IMG/VR virus record: IMGVR_UViG_3300026097_000876
Location: 197,807-261,806 of that record
Reading direction: 5' to 3' (one strand)
Length of the DNA: 64,000 bases
The translations under genes were made by a program, and so were the position numbers. The notes beneath the pieces are model-generated. The model searched no databases and was not told the origin of the DNA. It saw only the letters and a program-made list of their open reading frames with translations. Of this stretch, positions 18,774 to 28,551 are shown in pieces; the stretch's first letter is position 1, and each line of letters opens with the position of its first letter.

Positions 18774-20264
18774 ATGGCGTATATAATTAATTTAACAAAT
18801 GGAGTACAGTTAGCCACTGTCGAAGATGGAACCATTGACCAGAGTACTACACTCAAATTAGTTGGTAAAAATTATGCCGGCTACGGTGAAATTCAAAATG
18901 AAAATTTTGTTCATTTAATGGAAAATTTTTCTAGTGCAAATTCACCAGCAAACCCATTATCAGGGCAAATTTGGTTTGATAGTGCTGTAAGAAAATTAAA
19001 GTTTTACGACGGATCTAAATTTAGAACCACAGGCGGTGCCGAAGTTTCCACAACTCAACCAGTGGGATTAACAACAGGTGACTTTTGGTGGGATAGCGAC
19101 AACAGTCAACTATATGCCCAAAATGCTGATGGAGGATTTGTCCTAATTGGTCCTCAAAGTATTGGCGATACAGTCAGTGCAATGGTAACAGCACAAGTAA
19201 GAGATAACGCTCAAAATAATAGAACAATTATTAAAGGTACAGTTGACGACGGTGTTGTTTTTATTGTTAGTAATGCAGAATTTACAATTGATCAAACAGA
19301 CCCAGCTAACGTAATTACTGGTTTTGATGTTATACGTCAAGGTCTTACACTAAGAAATACAACAAGCGGCACAGATGGTGTAACATCAACTGCACATCGA
19401 TTCCACGGCACAGCTACTAATGCTGAACGCCTTGGCGGAGTATCAGCAGAAAACTTTGTACAAAATACTCCGGGGCAAGAAAGTTCCTTTGGTGACATTG
19501 TTAGATTTGCTGATGTAGGACTTACAGTAGGCGCAGCAAACGACCTTGCAATTTATATTGATCAAGCCAATACCGGCGACGAAGGCGTGATTGAAAATAC
19601 TACAGGTAAAAAGATTAGATTTAAAGTAAAATCTACGGGCGGAGTTACAACAGAACCATTGCATATTGCTGCAGAAGGAATTGTTCCTACAGCAACAACA
19701 ACATACGATATTGGTAATGCAAGTTTCAAATTTAGAAATATGTATGCTACGTCATTTAACGGTCTAGCAACAAATGCAACAAACTTACAAGTTGGCTCAA
19801 ATTATAGAACCGGTGATGTGAATGCTACAAATAACACAGTAGCAGTTCGTGATTCTAGTGGTAATTTAGCAGCTAACGTATTTAATGGTATTTCGACTAG
19901 TGCTAGGTACGCTGACTTAGCAGAAAAATATACAACTGAAATCGATCATCCAGTAGGAACAATAATGGCTATTTGCGTTCACGAAGATCACGAAGCAGAT
20001 ATTGCAAATATAGGTGATGTAGTTGTTGGAGTAATCAGTGATAAACCTGCATATTTAATGAATGCAGAAGCTGAAGGACAAGCACTTGCCCTCAAAGGAC
20101 GAGTGCCTGTAAGAACAGTAGGACCGGTCGTCAAAGGACAATCAATTTATGTTAGTCAAGACGGTATTGCTTCAGCAGAAGGCAACGGCGACCTAGTAGG
20201 AATTGCATTAGAATCAAATAATAACACTGCCGAAAAATTAATCGAGTGTGTATTAAAAGTATAA
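18774..20264 (+). CDS. Tail fibre-like protein, paralogue 3
   Basis: Same N-terminal domain (GYGEIQNENFVHLMENFS...GQIWFD); C-terminal SARYADLAEKY...LKGRVPV domain typical of fibre ends. Confidence 0.7.
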   Translation: MAYIINLTNGVQLATVEDGTIDQSTTLKLVGKNYAGYGEIQNENFVHLMENFSSANSPANPLSGQIWFDSAVRKLKFYDGSKFRTTGGAEVSTTQPVGLTTGDFWWDSDNSQLYAQNADGGFVLIGPQSIGDTVSAMVTAQVRDNAQNNRTIIKGTVDDGVVFIVSNAEFTIDQTDPANVITGFDVIRQGLTLRNTTSGTDGVTSTAHRFHGTATNAERLGGVSAENFVQNTPGQESSFGDIVRFADVGLTVGAANDLAIYIDQANTGDEGVIENTTGKKIRFKVKSTGGVTTEPLHIAAEGIVPTATTTYDIGNASFKFRNMYATSFNGLATNATNLQVGSNYRTGDVNATNNTVAVRDSSGNLAANVFNGISTSARYADLAEKYTTEIDHPVGTIMAICVHEDHEADIANIGDVVVGVISDKPAYLMNAEAEGQALALKGRVPVRTVGPVVKGQSIYVSQDGIASAEGNGDLVGIALESNNNTAEKLIECVLKV

Positions 20265-20267
20265 ATA
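20260..20267 (+). promoter_or_regulatory. T4-type late promoter TATAAATA
   Basis: Exact consensus; the 20-mer 20261-20280 is identical to the reverse complement of 53741-53760. Confidence 0.7.
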
Positions 20268-20295
20268 TATACGTAGTTAAAGAGGAAGTATTACT

Positions 20296-21210
20296 ATGGC
20301 AGTCGGCAACGATATTACCGCAGCGAGATATAACAACATACGTTCAAGAATAGCAGCCGTCCTTGGTTTAGGATCAGGCGATGAAGGATATGGTCAATCA
20401 GTAAAAAGTGAAACAATAGCAGTCGGTGCAACTGTTAGTGCTGTTGACATGGAAAATTTGTTTGATGATATGACTAAAATTAGATTGCATCAAACAGGAC
20501 TTGCACCTAGCGAAATTGCCAAGCCTTCGATAGGCGATACTGTAGAAGATTCTAATGTCACTTCGAAAGAAGGATACGTACAGTACGAAGATCTTAGTAT
20601 TACTTGTCAAAGCGCAAGGCTAAATGCAGCTAGTAATCAGCTAGGATTGCAAGCAGGGACTTCTAGTGTTAGATCGGCCGCTTGGTCAACAGATATTAAT
20701 CATTTATTTACTGTTACTTTTGGCGGATATAGTGTTACAAATGGCGATGGATCGACAACAACTGTCTCTGGAGCAGATCATATGCGTGTATTCTTTAATG
20801 CAGGCGGATCTATTAATATCAGCGGGTCAATTGGTAGCGGAAATTCTACAATTAATAATGACTGGCGTAACCTAATGTCAAGTGTAGGTACTGTAGTATT
20901 TGATAGAGATAATACTAGTAACGGATCAACAGGAACTAATTTTGGATATGCAAATCTACCTGGGTCGTACACAACTATCTTTAATAAAACAGCAACAGCA
21001 TATAGTGCTAACGATTATTTAATTGAAGCCTACAAAAGCGGTAATGTACTGTACTTTAGAGTAACATTTAATGAAGACAAAGGACCTAATCCAAATTTTG
21101 ACGAAGCGGTCACGGCTACAACTACAAGTACGGTTCAAATGAACAGGCCTAACAACAGTGCAAGTGTAGACATTACAGCGCCATCTTTTGCAACAACTAA
21201 TAACCTTTAA
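20296..21210 (+). CDS. Virion structural protein (S/T/G-rich)
   Basis: 304 aa, late promoter and SD GAGG, last gene of the tail cluster. Confidence 0.55.
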   Translation: MAVGNDITAARYNNIRSRIAAVLGLGSGDEGYGQSVKSETIAVGATVSAVDMENLFDDMTKIRLHQTGLAPSEIAKPSIGDTVEDSNVTSKEGYVQYEDLSITCQSARLNAASNQLGLQAGTSSVRSAAWSTDINHLFTVTFGGYSVTNGDGSTTTVSGADHMRVFFNAGGSINISGSIGSGNSTINNDWRNLMSSVGTVVFDRDNTSNGSTGTNFGYANLPGSYTTIFNKTATAYSANDYLIEAYKSGNVLYFRVTFNEDKGPNPNFDEAVTATTTSTVQMNRPNNSASVDITAPSFATTNNL

Positions 21211-21213
21211 ACG

Positions 21214-21249
21214 TAAATAGTTATACTATAAACTAGGAGTATAACTATG
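21214..21249 (+). promoter_or_regulatory. Late promoter (TAAATA) followed by an RBS-occluding hairpin
   Basis: TAAATA at 21214-21219; perfect 10-bp inverted repeat 21218-21227/21238-21247 with a 10-nt loop; SD AGGAG at 21235-21239; the 3' arm ends on the A of the ATG. Confidence 0.6.
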
Positions 21250-21594
21250 GATGACGCTCTAGAAAAGGCACTTGAATTCTCAAATTTTACAGCAACCTTA
21301 AATAATCAAAAAAGAATACTTCATGAAAAATATACTGAAGAGCTTGGACTTTACTATTGCGGCGGTAAGTTTACAGTAACAAAAGAATTATTAACGTTTT
21401 GTCATTTGCTTTTAAGTAAAGACATTTCAAAAACTGTAGTAATAGACGATAATAATTCTCCTATCCAAATTGATGACATTGATGATTTTATGACAGTGTC
21501 ATTACAACAATACGCAACTGCCGCTAACAAATATTTTGCGCATTATAAAGAACTTAGTACTAAACGGAGTGTTGAAGGTTTAGCAGATGTCTGA
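21247..21594 (+). CDS. Hypothetical protein, possibly a tail-fibre assembly-type helical protein
   Basis: 115 aa with a strong SD; first gene of the coupled operon; function inferred from position only. Confidence 0.45.
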   Translation: MDDALEKALEFSNFTATLNNQKRILHEKYTEELGLYYCGGKFTVTKELLTFCHLLLSKDISKTVVIDDNNSPIQIDDIDDFMTVSLQQYATAANKYFAHYKELSTKRSVEGLADV

Positions 21595-22414
21595 CGGAGT
21601 ATTATGTTTTGCTCATAATAATGGATCTATTGACTATATAAAGCAAGCGGCGTTCTTGGCAAAAAGAGTAAAACAACATTTAGACATACCAGTGTCTGTT
21701 GTTACATCAACACCTGACAAAATTAATAAAAAACACAGTAAACTATTTGATAATATTATTTTTATTGATGATGACAATACAAATTCTAAAAGATATAATG
21801 ACGGACAGAACACACATCAAAATCTTTATTTTAAAAACAACGGAAGAATAAACAGTTACGACCTTACTCCGTATGATAGAACACTAGTTTTAGATACAGA
21901 TTACATTATTTGTAATGATGTTTTTAAAAATGCATTTGGAAATGGTAAATTTCAAATATATAGAGATGGGGTTGATTTATGTAGCTGGCGAAAACATGCA
22001 GAGTTTGATTATATTAACAATAAAGGCATTCCTTTCTATTGGGCAACTTGTTTCTATTTTGAAAAAGATCTAGAAAATAAGATATTTTTTGATACTCTAA
22101 AACAATTACAATCAAATTGGAGCTACTATAGCACAGTTTATGATTTAGGAAGTCGTAATTTTAGAAATGATCATATTTTTAGTATGGGTATTCATATCAT
22201 GAATGGATTTTCAGATAGCCACTGGGCTAAGTTATTACCGGGTAAAATGTTTTACACACTAGATAGAGATAAATTATACAAACTAGACAATGATAAATTA
22301 GTTTTTATGTTAGAAAAAGAAAGTCGAGTTAATGAATATGTTCTGTCTTCGACAGATCGATGTAATGTACATGTAATGAATAAATTTAGCTTGGAGCGTG
22401 TTTTAGATGTCTAA
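21587..22414 (+). CDS. GT-A glycosyltransferase (GT8-like)
   Basis: YDRTLVLDTDYII DxD motif; RNDHIFS. Confidence 0.65.
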   Translation: MSDGVLCFAHNNGSIDYIKQAAFLAKRVKQHLDIPVSVVTSTPDKINKKHSKLFDNIIFIDDDNTNSKRYNDGQNTHQNLYFKNNGRINSYDLTPYDRTLVLDTDYIICNDVFKNAFGNGKFQIYRDGVDLCSWRKHAEFDYINNKGIPFYWATCFYFEKDLENKIFFDTLKQLQSNWSYYSTVYDLGSRNFRNDHIFSMGIHIMNGFSDSHWAKLLPGKMFYTLDRDKLYKLDNDKLVFMLEKESRVNEYVLSSTDRCNVHVMNKFSLERVLDV

Positions 22415-23216
22415 AGGATACGTAATGATGGCTTCGGGTGCCGAATACGTTAAACAAGCATATTTGTGTGCTAAAAGTATTAGAGAAACTCAAACCATCA
22501 ATAATGTGTCATTGCTTACTAATGACACAGTGCCGCAAGAATATAAATCAGTATTCGACAAAATAATTGAAGTCCCTAACAGTCAAACAGATTTTTATCG
22601 TACAGACTTTCGCTGGAAAGTATTTCATATTACTCCGTATGACGAAACAATTGTATTAGACACTGATATGATATTTCTTACTGATGTTAGTCATTGGTGG
22701 AATTATCTCAGAAAATACGATATCTGTTTTACAAAAAACACAAGAACATATCGTAATACTCTGATAACAAACAATTATTATAGAAAGGCATTTGAAGATA
22801 ATTATCTTCCTAATATTTATTGTGCATTTCATTATTTTAAAAAAACTGACATAGCTTTAAATTATTACTTAAAGTTAAAACAAATTTGTAAAAACTATAA
22901 AGAATTTTATAAAATCTATGTTCCGAAACAAACACCTAAACTAAGTAGTATGGACATTAATCATGCCATTACAGTATTGGATCAACAAATAGAAAATTAT
23001 ATTTTTGAACCTGCTAGTTTTGTACACATGAAAAGCAATGTACAAGATTGGAAAAACCCAACAGAAAATTGGACAGATACTATTCCTTTTTATTTTTCAC
23101 AAGATTTTACTCTTAAAGTTGGAAATTATTTACAACACGGAATCTTTCATTATACCGAAAACAGTTTTTGCAACACTATAATACAACAACTAGGAAAACA
23201 AAATGAAGTATATTGA
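22407..23216 (+). CDS. GT-A glycosyltransferase (GT8-like), paralogue
   Basis: YDETIVLDTDMIF DxD motif; FVHMK; HYT. Confidence 0.65.
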   Translation: MSKGYVMMASGAEYVKQAYLCAKSIRETQTINNVSLLTNDTVPQEYKSVFDKIIEVPNSQTDFYRTDFRWKVFHITPYDETIVLDTDMIFLTDVSHWWNYLRKYDICFTKNTRTYRNTLITNNYYRKAFEDNYLPNIYCAFHYFKKTDIALNYYLKLKQICKNYKEFYKIYVPKQTPKLSSMDINHAITVLDQQIENYIFEPASFVHMKSNVQDWKNPTENWTDTIPFYFSQDFTLKVGNYLQHGIFHYTENSFCNTIIQQLGKQNEVY

Positions 23217-23721
23217 AGTACCTACTCCACAATATGTTTGTTATAATAAAAATACTGGAGAAATTTTTAGCATTGGACCTAGCATTGACGATGAATATTC
23301 TTATATTGAAATTGCAGAAGAGCAATCTCAATTATTTAAAAATTTTACAGAAAGAATGGTTGAATGGAAAGTACTGTATAATAAAAGATCTAAAAAATTT
23401 GAACTTCGTAAAGATATAGAAAAAACAGAAAACGAATTTCCTCTTAAAAAAATTACAAAAGCAGTAGATGAATACGCCGATGTTGAATTAATAATTGACA
23501 AACTAAAAAACTTGTGTTACATTAATATTAATGATCTTCCTGTTAACATAGACAAAGAAATAGAGTTTTTTATAACTAAAGAAAACGATCCACATTTTTT
23601 GTATCAATCTTTAAAGTTTAATTTAGGAAGTGCTGATAAAATACATATTGAGATAGCACATACATACAGTGTATATTCTAATAATATGTTTGTAGAGTGT
23701 GCTGTAAAGGAGATAGTTTGA
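23203..23721 (+). CDS. Hypothetical protein
   Basis: 172-aa ORF overlapping both neighbours. Confidence 0.55.
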   Translation: MKYIEVPTPQYVCYNKNTGEIFSIGPSIDDEYSYIEIAEEQSQLFKNFTERMVEWKVLYNKRSKKFELRKDIEKTENEFPLKKITKAVDEYADVELIIDKLKNLCYININDLPVNIDKEIEFFITKENDPHFLYQSLKFNLGSADKIHIEIAHTYSVYSNNMFVECAVKEIV

Positions 23722-24620
23722 AATTAAAAATTGCAGAACAAGACATTATCTATTTGTCGTACGACGAACCAAATGCAGAAAAAAATTATGCAGACTTGTT
23801 ATCTAAGGTTCCGTGGGCAAAACGAATTCACGGAGTCAAAGGTTCAGATGCGGCACATAAAGCCTGTGCAGAAATTAGCGAAACTGACAGATTTATTACT
23901 GTAGACGGTGATAATATTGTTGATCAAAAATTTTTAGATCAAGTCATTGATTTAGATCAACATACTGATTTAAAGAAAAGTGTTATTAGCTGGTGCGGGC
24001 GTAATGTTATTAATGGACTTGTATACGGCAACGGTGGACTTAAATGTTGGCCTAAAGATTATGTTTTAAATATGCGTACACACGAAGCAGCAGATCCTAA
24101 CGATATTAATGCACAAGTTGAATTTTGTTGGGATGCAGAATACATTCAAATGTCTGACTGTTATAGCACAGTACACAACAATGCAAGTCCAAAACAAGCG
24201 TGGCGAGCAGGTTTTCGTGAAGGTGTAAAACTTGCATTAGACCGAGGCGTAAAAGTAGACAAAGAATTATTTTTACAAAGCCATGAAAAAAATTTACATA
24301 TGTTATATATTTGGCTTATGGTAGGATATGATGTTCCGAACGGGCATTTTTCAGTGTATGGTGCCAGAGAAGGACTTATGATGACTATGCTAAGTGATTG
24401 GGATTATGTTCAGGTCCGTGACTTTGATTATTTAGATAGTCATTGGGAGGGTATTAGTAGCATGCCTATGGATGTTCTTTATAGTGAAATTAATAATAAC
24501 GGATTTATGTTAAGAGATGAGTTAGGTATTCCGATTGCACCTGAACCATTATCAGAAGATCAGAGTGAATTTTTTAAAGCAGTTCACCACAGCTTCGGAA
24601 GAGGTAAACATCTTAAATGA
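23718..24620 (+). CDS. Glycosyltransferase-like protein (GT-A)
   Basis: Probable TTG start at 23718 after AAGGAG; FITVDGD DxD; GVKGSDAAHKACA; WRAGFREGVKL. Confidence 0.55.
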   Translation: MKLKIAEQDIIYLSYDEPNAEKNYADLLSKVPWAKRIHGVKGSDAAHKACAEISETDRFITVDGDNIVDQKFLDQVIDLDQHTDLKKSVISWCGRNVINGLVYGNGGLKCWPKDYVLNMRTHEAADPNDINAQVEFCWDAEYIQMSDCYSTVHNNASPKQAWRAGFREGVKLALDRGVKVDKELFLQSHEKNLHMLYIWLMVGYDVPNGHFSVYGAREGLMMTMLSDWDYVQVRDFDYLDSHWEGISSMPMDVLYSEINNNGFMLRDELGIPIAPEPLSEDQSEFFKAVHHSFGRGKHLK

Positions 24621-25951
24621 ATAAAAATGAAGTAAAACAAAAATTAGATTCGGTTGGTTGCGGATTTTGTCTAGCTAAATGGACGCAAGTTACAATTCAT
24701 CTTGGATCCGGAATCAATCATAGTTGTCATCATGTCAGAGCACATGCAATTCCATTAAAAGATCTTGCTGACAATCCTAATGTTTTACACAACACAGGAT
24801 TCAAAAAGAATACCAGAAAGCAAATGCTAAACAACGAACGTCCTGATGAATGTGACTATTGTTGGAGAATCGAAGATAATACAGATAAACTTAGTGACAG
24901 AGTATTAAAAAGTGCAGATTCCTGGTCTTGGCCTGAATACGATATAATTAGTAAATCTTCAGGAGACGAGGATGTTTATCCTAAATATGTAGAAGTCAGT
25001 TTTAGTAATGTGTGTAATTTTAAATGTGGGTATTGCGGACCTGCATTTAGCAGCAAGTGGGCTGAAGAAATTAATCAACATGGTCCGTACACATTTGATA
25101 AAACTAATTGGAAATATAATTTGATTGACGAATATCAACAACAAATTCCTACTAGAGAACATAATCCTTATATTGAAGCATTTTGGAAATGGTTTCCGGA
25201 AGCTGTTGAACACATGCATACCTTTCGAATTACAGGTGGAGAACCATTACTAAGTAAACATACTGACAAAGTTTTACAACATTTATTAGAAAACCCCCAA
25301 CCAGAATTAGAATTTAGTATTAATACTAATGCATGTCCCCCGAATAATTTGTGGAAAGAATTTACTAAAAAAATAAAAGTTTTAGAAGAAAAAAACTGTA
25401 TTAAAAGATTTGTATTATTTGTAAGTGCAGAAGCCAAAGGAAAACAACAAGAATATAACAGACACGGAATGAATTGGCAATTGTTTGTAGATAATGTAGA
25501 ATACTTTCTTGAAAATACTAATGGGCGGCTTAGTTTTATGAGTGCATTTAATATTTTAAGTGTACCAACATTTTTGCCTTTTTTAAAATATGTATCTAGT
25601 CTCAAAGGAAGATTTGATAATGATGTAAATATTGATATTCCATATGTAAGAAATCCTCATTTTCTAGATTGTATGATTGCAACTGAAGAACTTGTACAAA
25701 CATATTTACATCCTTGTCTTAAATTTATGCAAGAAAAAAACTTTGAAGCGTTTGAGATACAAAAATTTGAAAGAATTCTCGAAGATTTAGATGGTCGTTT
25801 TAAAAATCCAGATAAATTTAAACAAATATCAAATGAAGGACGAAGAATGTTTTACGACTGGATTAGAGAACACGATAAGCGTCGAGGAACAAATTTTGAA
25901 AAAACTTTTCCAGAACTGATAACATTTTATAGAGATTGCTTGTATGTATGA
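24617..25951 (+). CDS. Radical SAM protein with N-terminal twitch domain
   Basis: CNFKCGYC core and ITGGEP; N-terminal CLAKW...SCHH...CDYC precedes the core. Confidence 0.85.
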   Translation: MNKNEVKQKLDSVGCGFCLAKWTQVTIHLGSGINHSCHHVRAHAIPLKDLADNPNVLHNTGFKKNTRKQMLNNERPDECDYCWRIEDNTDKLSDRVLKSADSWSWPEYDIISKSSGDEDVYPKYVEVSFSNVCNFKCGYCGPAFSSKWAEEINQHGPYTFDKTNWKYNLIDEYQQQIPTREHNPYIEAFWKWFPEAVEHMHTFRITGGEPLLSKHTDKVLQHLLENPQPELEFSINTNACPPNNLWKEFTKKIKVLEEKNCIKRFVLFVSAEAKGKQQEYNRHGMNWQLFVDNVEYFLENTNGRLSFMSAFNILSVPTFLPFLKYVSSLKGRFDNDVNIDIPYVRNPHFLDCMIATEELVQTYLHPCLKFMQEKNFEAFEIQKFERILEDLDGRFKNPDKFKQISNEGRRMFYDWIREHDKRRGTNFEKTFPELITFYRDCLYV

Positions 25952-26627
25952 TATTGTGTTTATAAGTTATCATGAATCTAATGCAGAACAAAACTTTGAT
26001 AAATTGCATCAAAGATTTAACAATATAGGCGTTTTTGGAGATAGAATAAAACGGGTATCTAATGTTAAGGGAATACATAATGCACATATCGAAGCTGCTA
26101 AGATAGTTAATACAAACTATTTTTATGTAGTCGATGGAGATGCTGATATTGTAAGTGACTTTAAATTTGATTATGAAACTATTGATAGTGATGTAGTACA
26201 TGTATATTCCAGTATTAATCCTATTAATAATCTTGAATACGGCTACGGTGGAGTAAAATTACTACCAACACAACTTACTAAAAATATAGATACTACTACA
26301 CACGATATGACCACAAGTATATCAAAAAAATTTAAAGTTTTAGATGAAATATCAAATATTACAGCATTTAATACAGATGAATTTAGCACTTGGCGTTCGG
26401 CATTTAGAGAATGTGCAAAATTATCGAGTAGAACAATACAAGGACAAATCGATGAAGAAACCGAACAAAGACTCAAAATTTGGACAACCGTGGGACACGA
26501 TAGAGACTTCGGTGAACATGCCATTAACGGTGCTAGGGCCGGTATGGAGTTTGGCCTTTCTAACCAGTCTGATATATCATTAATAAACGATTTTGATTGG
26601 CTAAAAGAGCAATTCAATAATGATTAA
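25944..26627 (+). CDS. Glycosyltransferase-like protein, paralogue of 23718
   Basis: DIVFISYHE.NAE.N; VKGIHNAH; VVDGDA; GYGGVKL; WRSAFRECAKL. Confidence 0.55.
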   Translation: MYDIVFISYHESNAEQNFDKLHQRFNNIGVFGDRIKRVSNVKGIHNAHIEAAKIVNTNYFYVVDGDADIVSDFKFDYETIDSDVVHVYSSINPINNLEYGYGGVKLLPTQLTKNIDTTTHDMTTSISKKFKVLDEISNITAFNTDEFSTWRSAFRECAKLSSRTIQGQIDEETEQRLKIWTTVGHDRDFGEHAINGARAGMEFGLSNQSDISLINDFDWLKEQFNND

Positions 26628-27471
26628 TATCGTTGTTACAAGTAAACCAGTAGATGGACTTCTTTATTATAGTTACGAATACTGTGATATGCTTAACAAA
26701 GCAGGCTATCCTGCTAAGGTTGTTATTATATGTCACCAAAAATTTAGTGTACTAGATTATATGGAAGTCCTAACCACCAAATACACATATGTAGATAATG
26801 TTGTGTATAACAATTTAAATGTAGGCAATGACGATGTAACACTTGTTATGGGCAGGAGTATGATTACACTGTCTTGGATCAATTACAACGATTATACAGA
26901 AGAACAAAAACAAACACTGCATAGTGTATTTGCTAATAAAGTAATAAGTGTGTATTCAGAAAATCATCCTGCACAATATCCGCAGGCAGTAGAGTTTTAT
27001 AGCCCTAAACAAATTGTAGACCTATGCGACACTGAAGTGTATCCTAATGGCGTAGGAGAACACTTTGAAAAAACAATTAATTTTAGTATATATAAACCGC
27101 ACACAGACAACATACAATTTAAACATTTATTTCTAGGAACAAACGACAAATACTACGCAACAGTAGAAAAGGTAATTGACCAATTTCCTGATCACGGGAT
27201 CTTGACATATGACGAAAAGTATGTTAATATTAAAAATAATAACGTATTTGCACCTGTAGGAAATCTAATGGGCATGTTCGAAACATATGTTTACACAAAA
27301 GAAACATTTGATCCGGCTCCTAGAATCTTTCAAGAGTGCAAATATTATGGAAAGGATGTGATTTACTTGAGAGACAAAAACATACAAGACGGCGGCAGTG
27401 TGTACTGGAAACGAGATCTAAAAGAACCAGATGTAACAGCAATCATAAATGCTATAAAGGAATTTAAATGA
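26620..27471 (+). CDS. Hypothetical protein (possibly a divergent GT-B fold)
   Basis: 283-aa coupled ORF; the C-terminal PRIFQECKYYGKDV is only weakly GT-B-like. Confidence 0.4.
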   Translation: MINIVVTSKPVDGLLYYSYEYCDMLNKAGYPAKVVIICHQKFSVLDYMEVLTTKYTYVDNVVYNNLNVGNDDVTLVMGRSMITLSWINYNDYTEEQKQTLHSVFANKVISVYSENHPAQYPQAVEFYSPKQIVDLCDTEVYPNGVGEHFEKTINFSIYKPHTDNIQFKHLFLGTNDKYYATVEKVIDQFPDHGILTYDEKYVNIKNNNVFAPVGNLMGMFETYVYTKETFDPAPRIFQECKYYGKDVIYLRDKNIQDGGSVYWKRDLKEPDVTAIINAIKEFK

Positions 27472-27827
27472 AAATTGATCCAAAATGTCTAAAATTTAAT
27501 ACCCCAAAAAATAAAGGTGCGGCATATACTTCTGATGGATTTATGCTGCCCTGCTGTTGGATAGACGATCCGCCAGTTTATAGATATCTTGTAGAAATGG
27601 GTATGAAAGATCCGGAATTAGCATTAGAAAATAACGATTGCTTAGAAGACATTTTTACATCAGATCAATGGGAGAACTTCTTCCAAAAATTATACGATGA
27701 TCCTGATCGGTGTTCATATATGTGTAAGAAAAAATGCGGCGTTGAACTTACCGACGGCGAAACTGAAATTCGTAAAGTAGAAGAAAGACTAGAGGTTTTA
27801 AAACAAAGTGAAGGAAAGAATTACTGA
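27468..27827 (+). CDS. Stand-alone SPASM/twitch-like Fe-S protein
   Basis: DGFMLPCCW...CSYMCKKKC in 119 aa, directly upstream of a radical SAM gene. Confidence 0.65.
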   Translation: MKIDPKCLKFNTPKNKGAAYTSDGFMLPCCWIDDPPVYRYLVEMGMKDPELALENNDCLEDIFTSDQWENFFQKLYDDPDRCSYMCKKKCGVELTDGETEIRKVEERLEVLKQSEGKNY

Positions 27828-28551
27828 TACCTATGTAAAATATCAGAAAAATTGCAGGATTAATGTCGATACCTCGCATCGTTGTCCCTTTCGGTGCCCT
27901 CAGTGCGTGAGACAAAAGACAATAAGCCAAGATATGATACGTAGAAGTTTTGATTTGGAAGAACATAACTTTCAAAAAATATTAGATTATTACGATAATG
28001 GTCCTACATTTTGTGGACAAATTTCTGACCCTATCTATCATCCTAGATTTTTAAATTTTTTAAAAATGTGCAATGGACGAAATAGAGCTGTTCGTATTGC
28101 CACAGTAGGTAGTGGTAAAAGCGACGAGTGGTGGGACGAGGCTTATAGCTATGGTCTTGGAGAAAATCAGTGGACTTTCGGAGTAGACGGTATAGACGAA
28201 AAGAGCGAACTGTATCGCGTTGGTAGTAATTTCAAAGATCAATGGCGTCGAATGCAACAGGGTAGAGATCTAGGACATGTAATTGTTTGGCAGTATATTA
28301 TATTTGGTTATAATGAACACGAAATAGATCAGGCAGTAGAAATTGCAAAGAAAGAAGATTTTACTCTGCTTTTTGTTAACACAAACAGGGGATTTAATCC
28401 AGAAAGTGATACCCTGAGAAAGAATGTTAATTTTAAAATAAACAGTCCCGATCCAAAGCATCTTACTGATCGTCTTAAGAAAGAATGGTATGCTCATACC
28501 ACAGATGTATTTCAGGCCTGGCGTGATCTTCCTCCTTGGAGTCCGAAATGA
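27808..28551 (+). CDS. Radical SAM protein (core only)
   Basis: CPFRCPQC; FCGQISDP; FGVDG; WQYIIF.YNEH. Confidence 0.85.
   Translation: MKERITDTYVKYQKNCRINVDTSHRCPFRCPQCVRQKTISQDMIRRSFDLEEHNFQKILDYYDNGPTFCGQISDPIYHPRFLNFLKMCNGRNRAVRIATVGSGKSDEWWDEAYSYGLGENQWTFGVDGIDEKSELYRVGSNFKDQWRRMQQGRDLGHVIVWQYIIFGYNEHEIDQAVEIAKKEDFTLLFVNTNRGFNPESDTLRKNVNFKINSPDPKHLTDRLKKEWYAHTTDVFQAWRDLPPWSPK

Noticed and set aside
2320-20972. Many short antisense or alternate-frame ORFs within the structural genes
   Set aside because: They lie wholly inside long motif-bearing genes, lack RBSs, and read as shadows of the coding strand.
14831-21210. Diversity-generating retroelement acting on the fibre genes
   Set aside because: No reverse transcriptase and no adenine-mismatched template/variable repeat pair was seen; the similarity is old protein-level paralogy.
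25168-25605. 145-aa antisense ORF and similar 100-130 aa ORFs in the island (28685, 29434, 30405, 41371, 46245)
   Set aside because: They lie opposite or inside well-supported enzymes and show no motifs.
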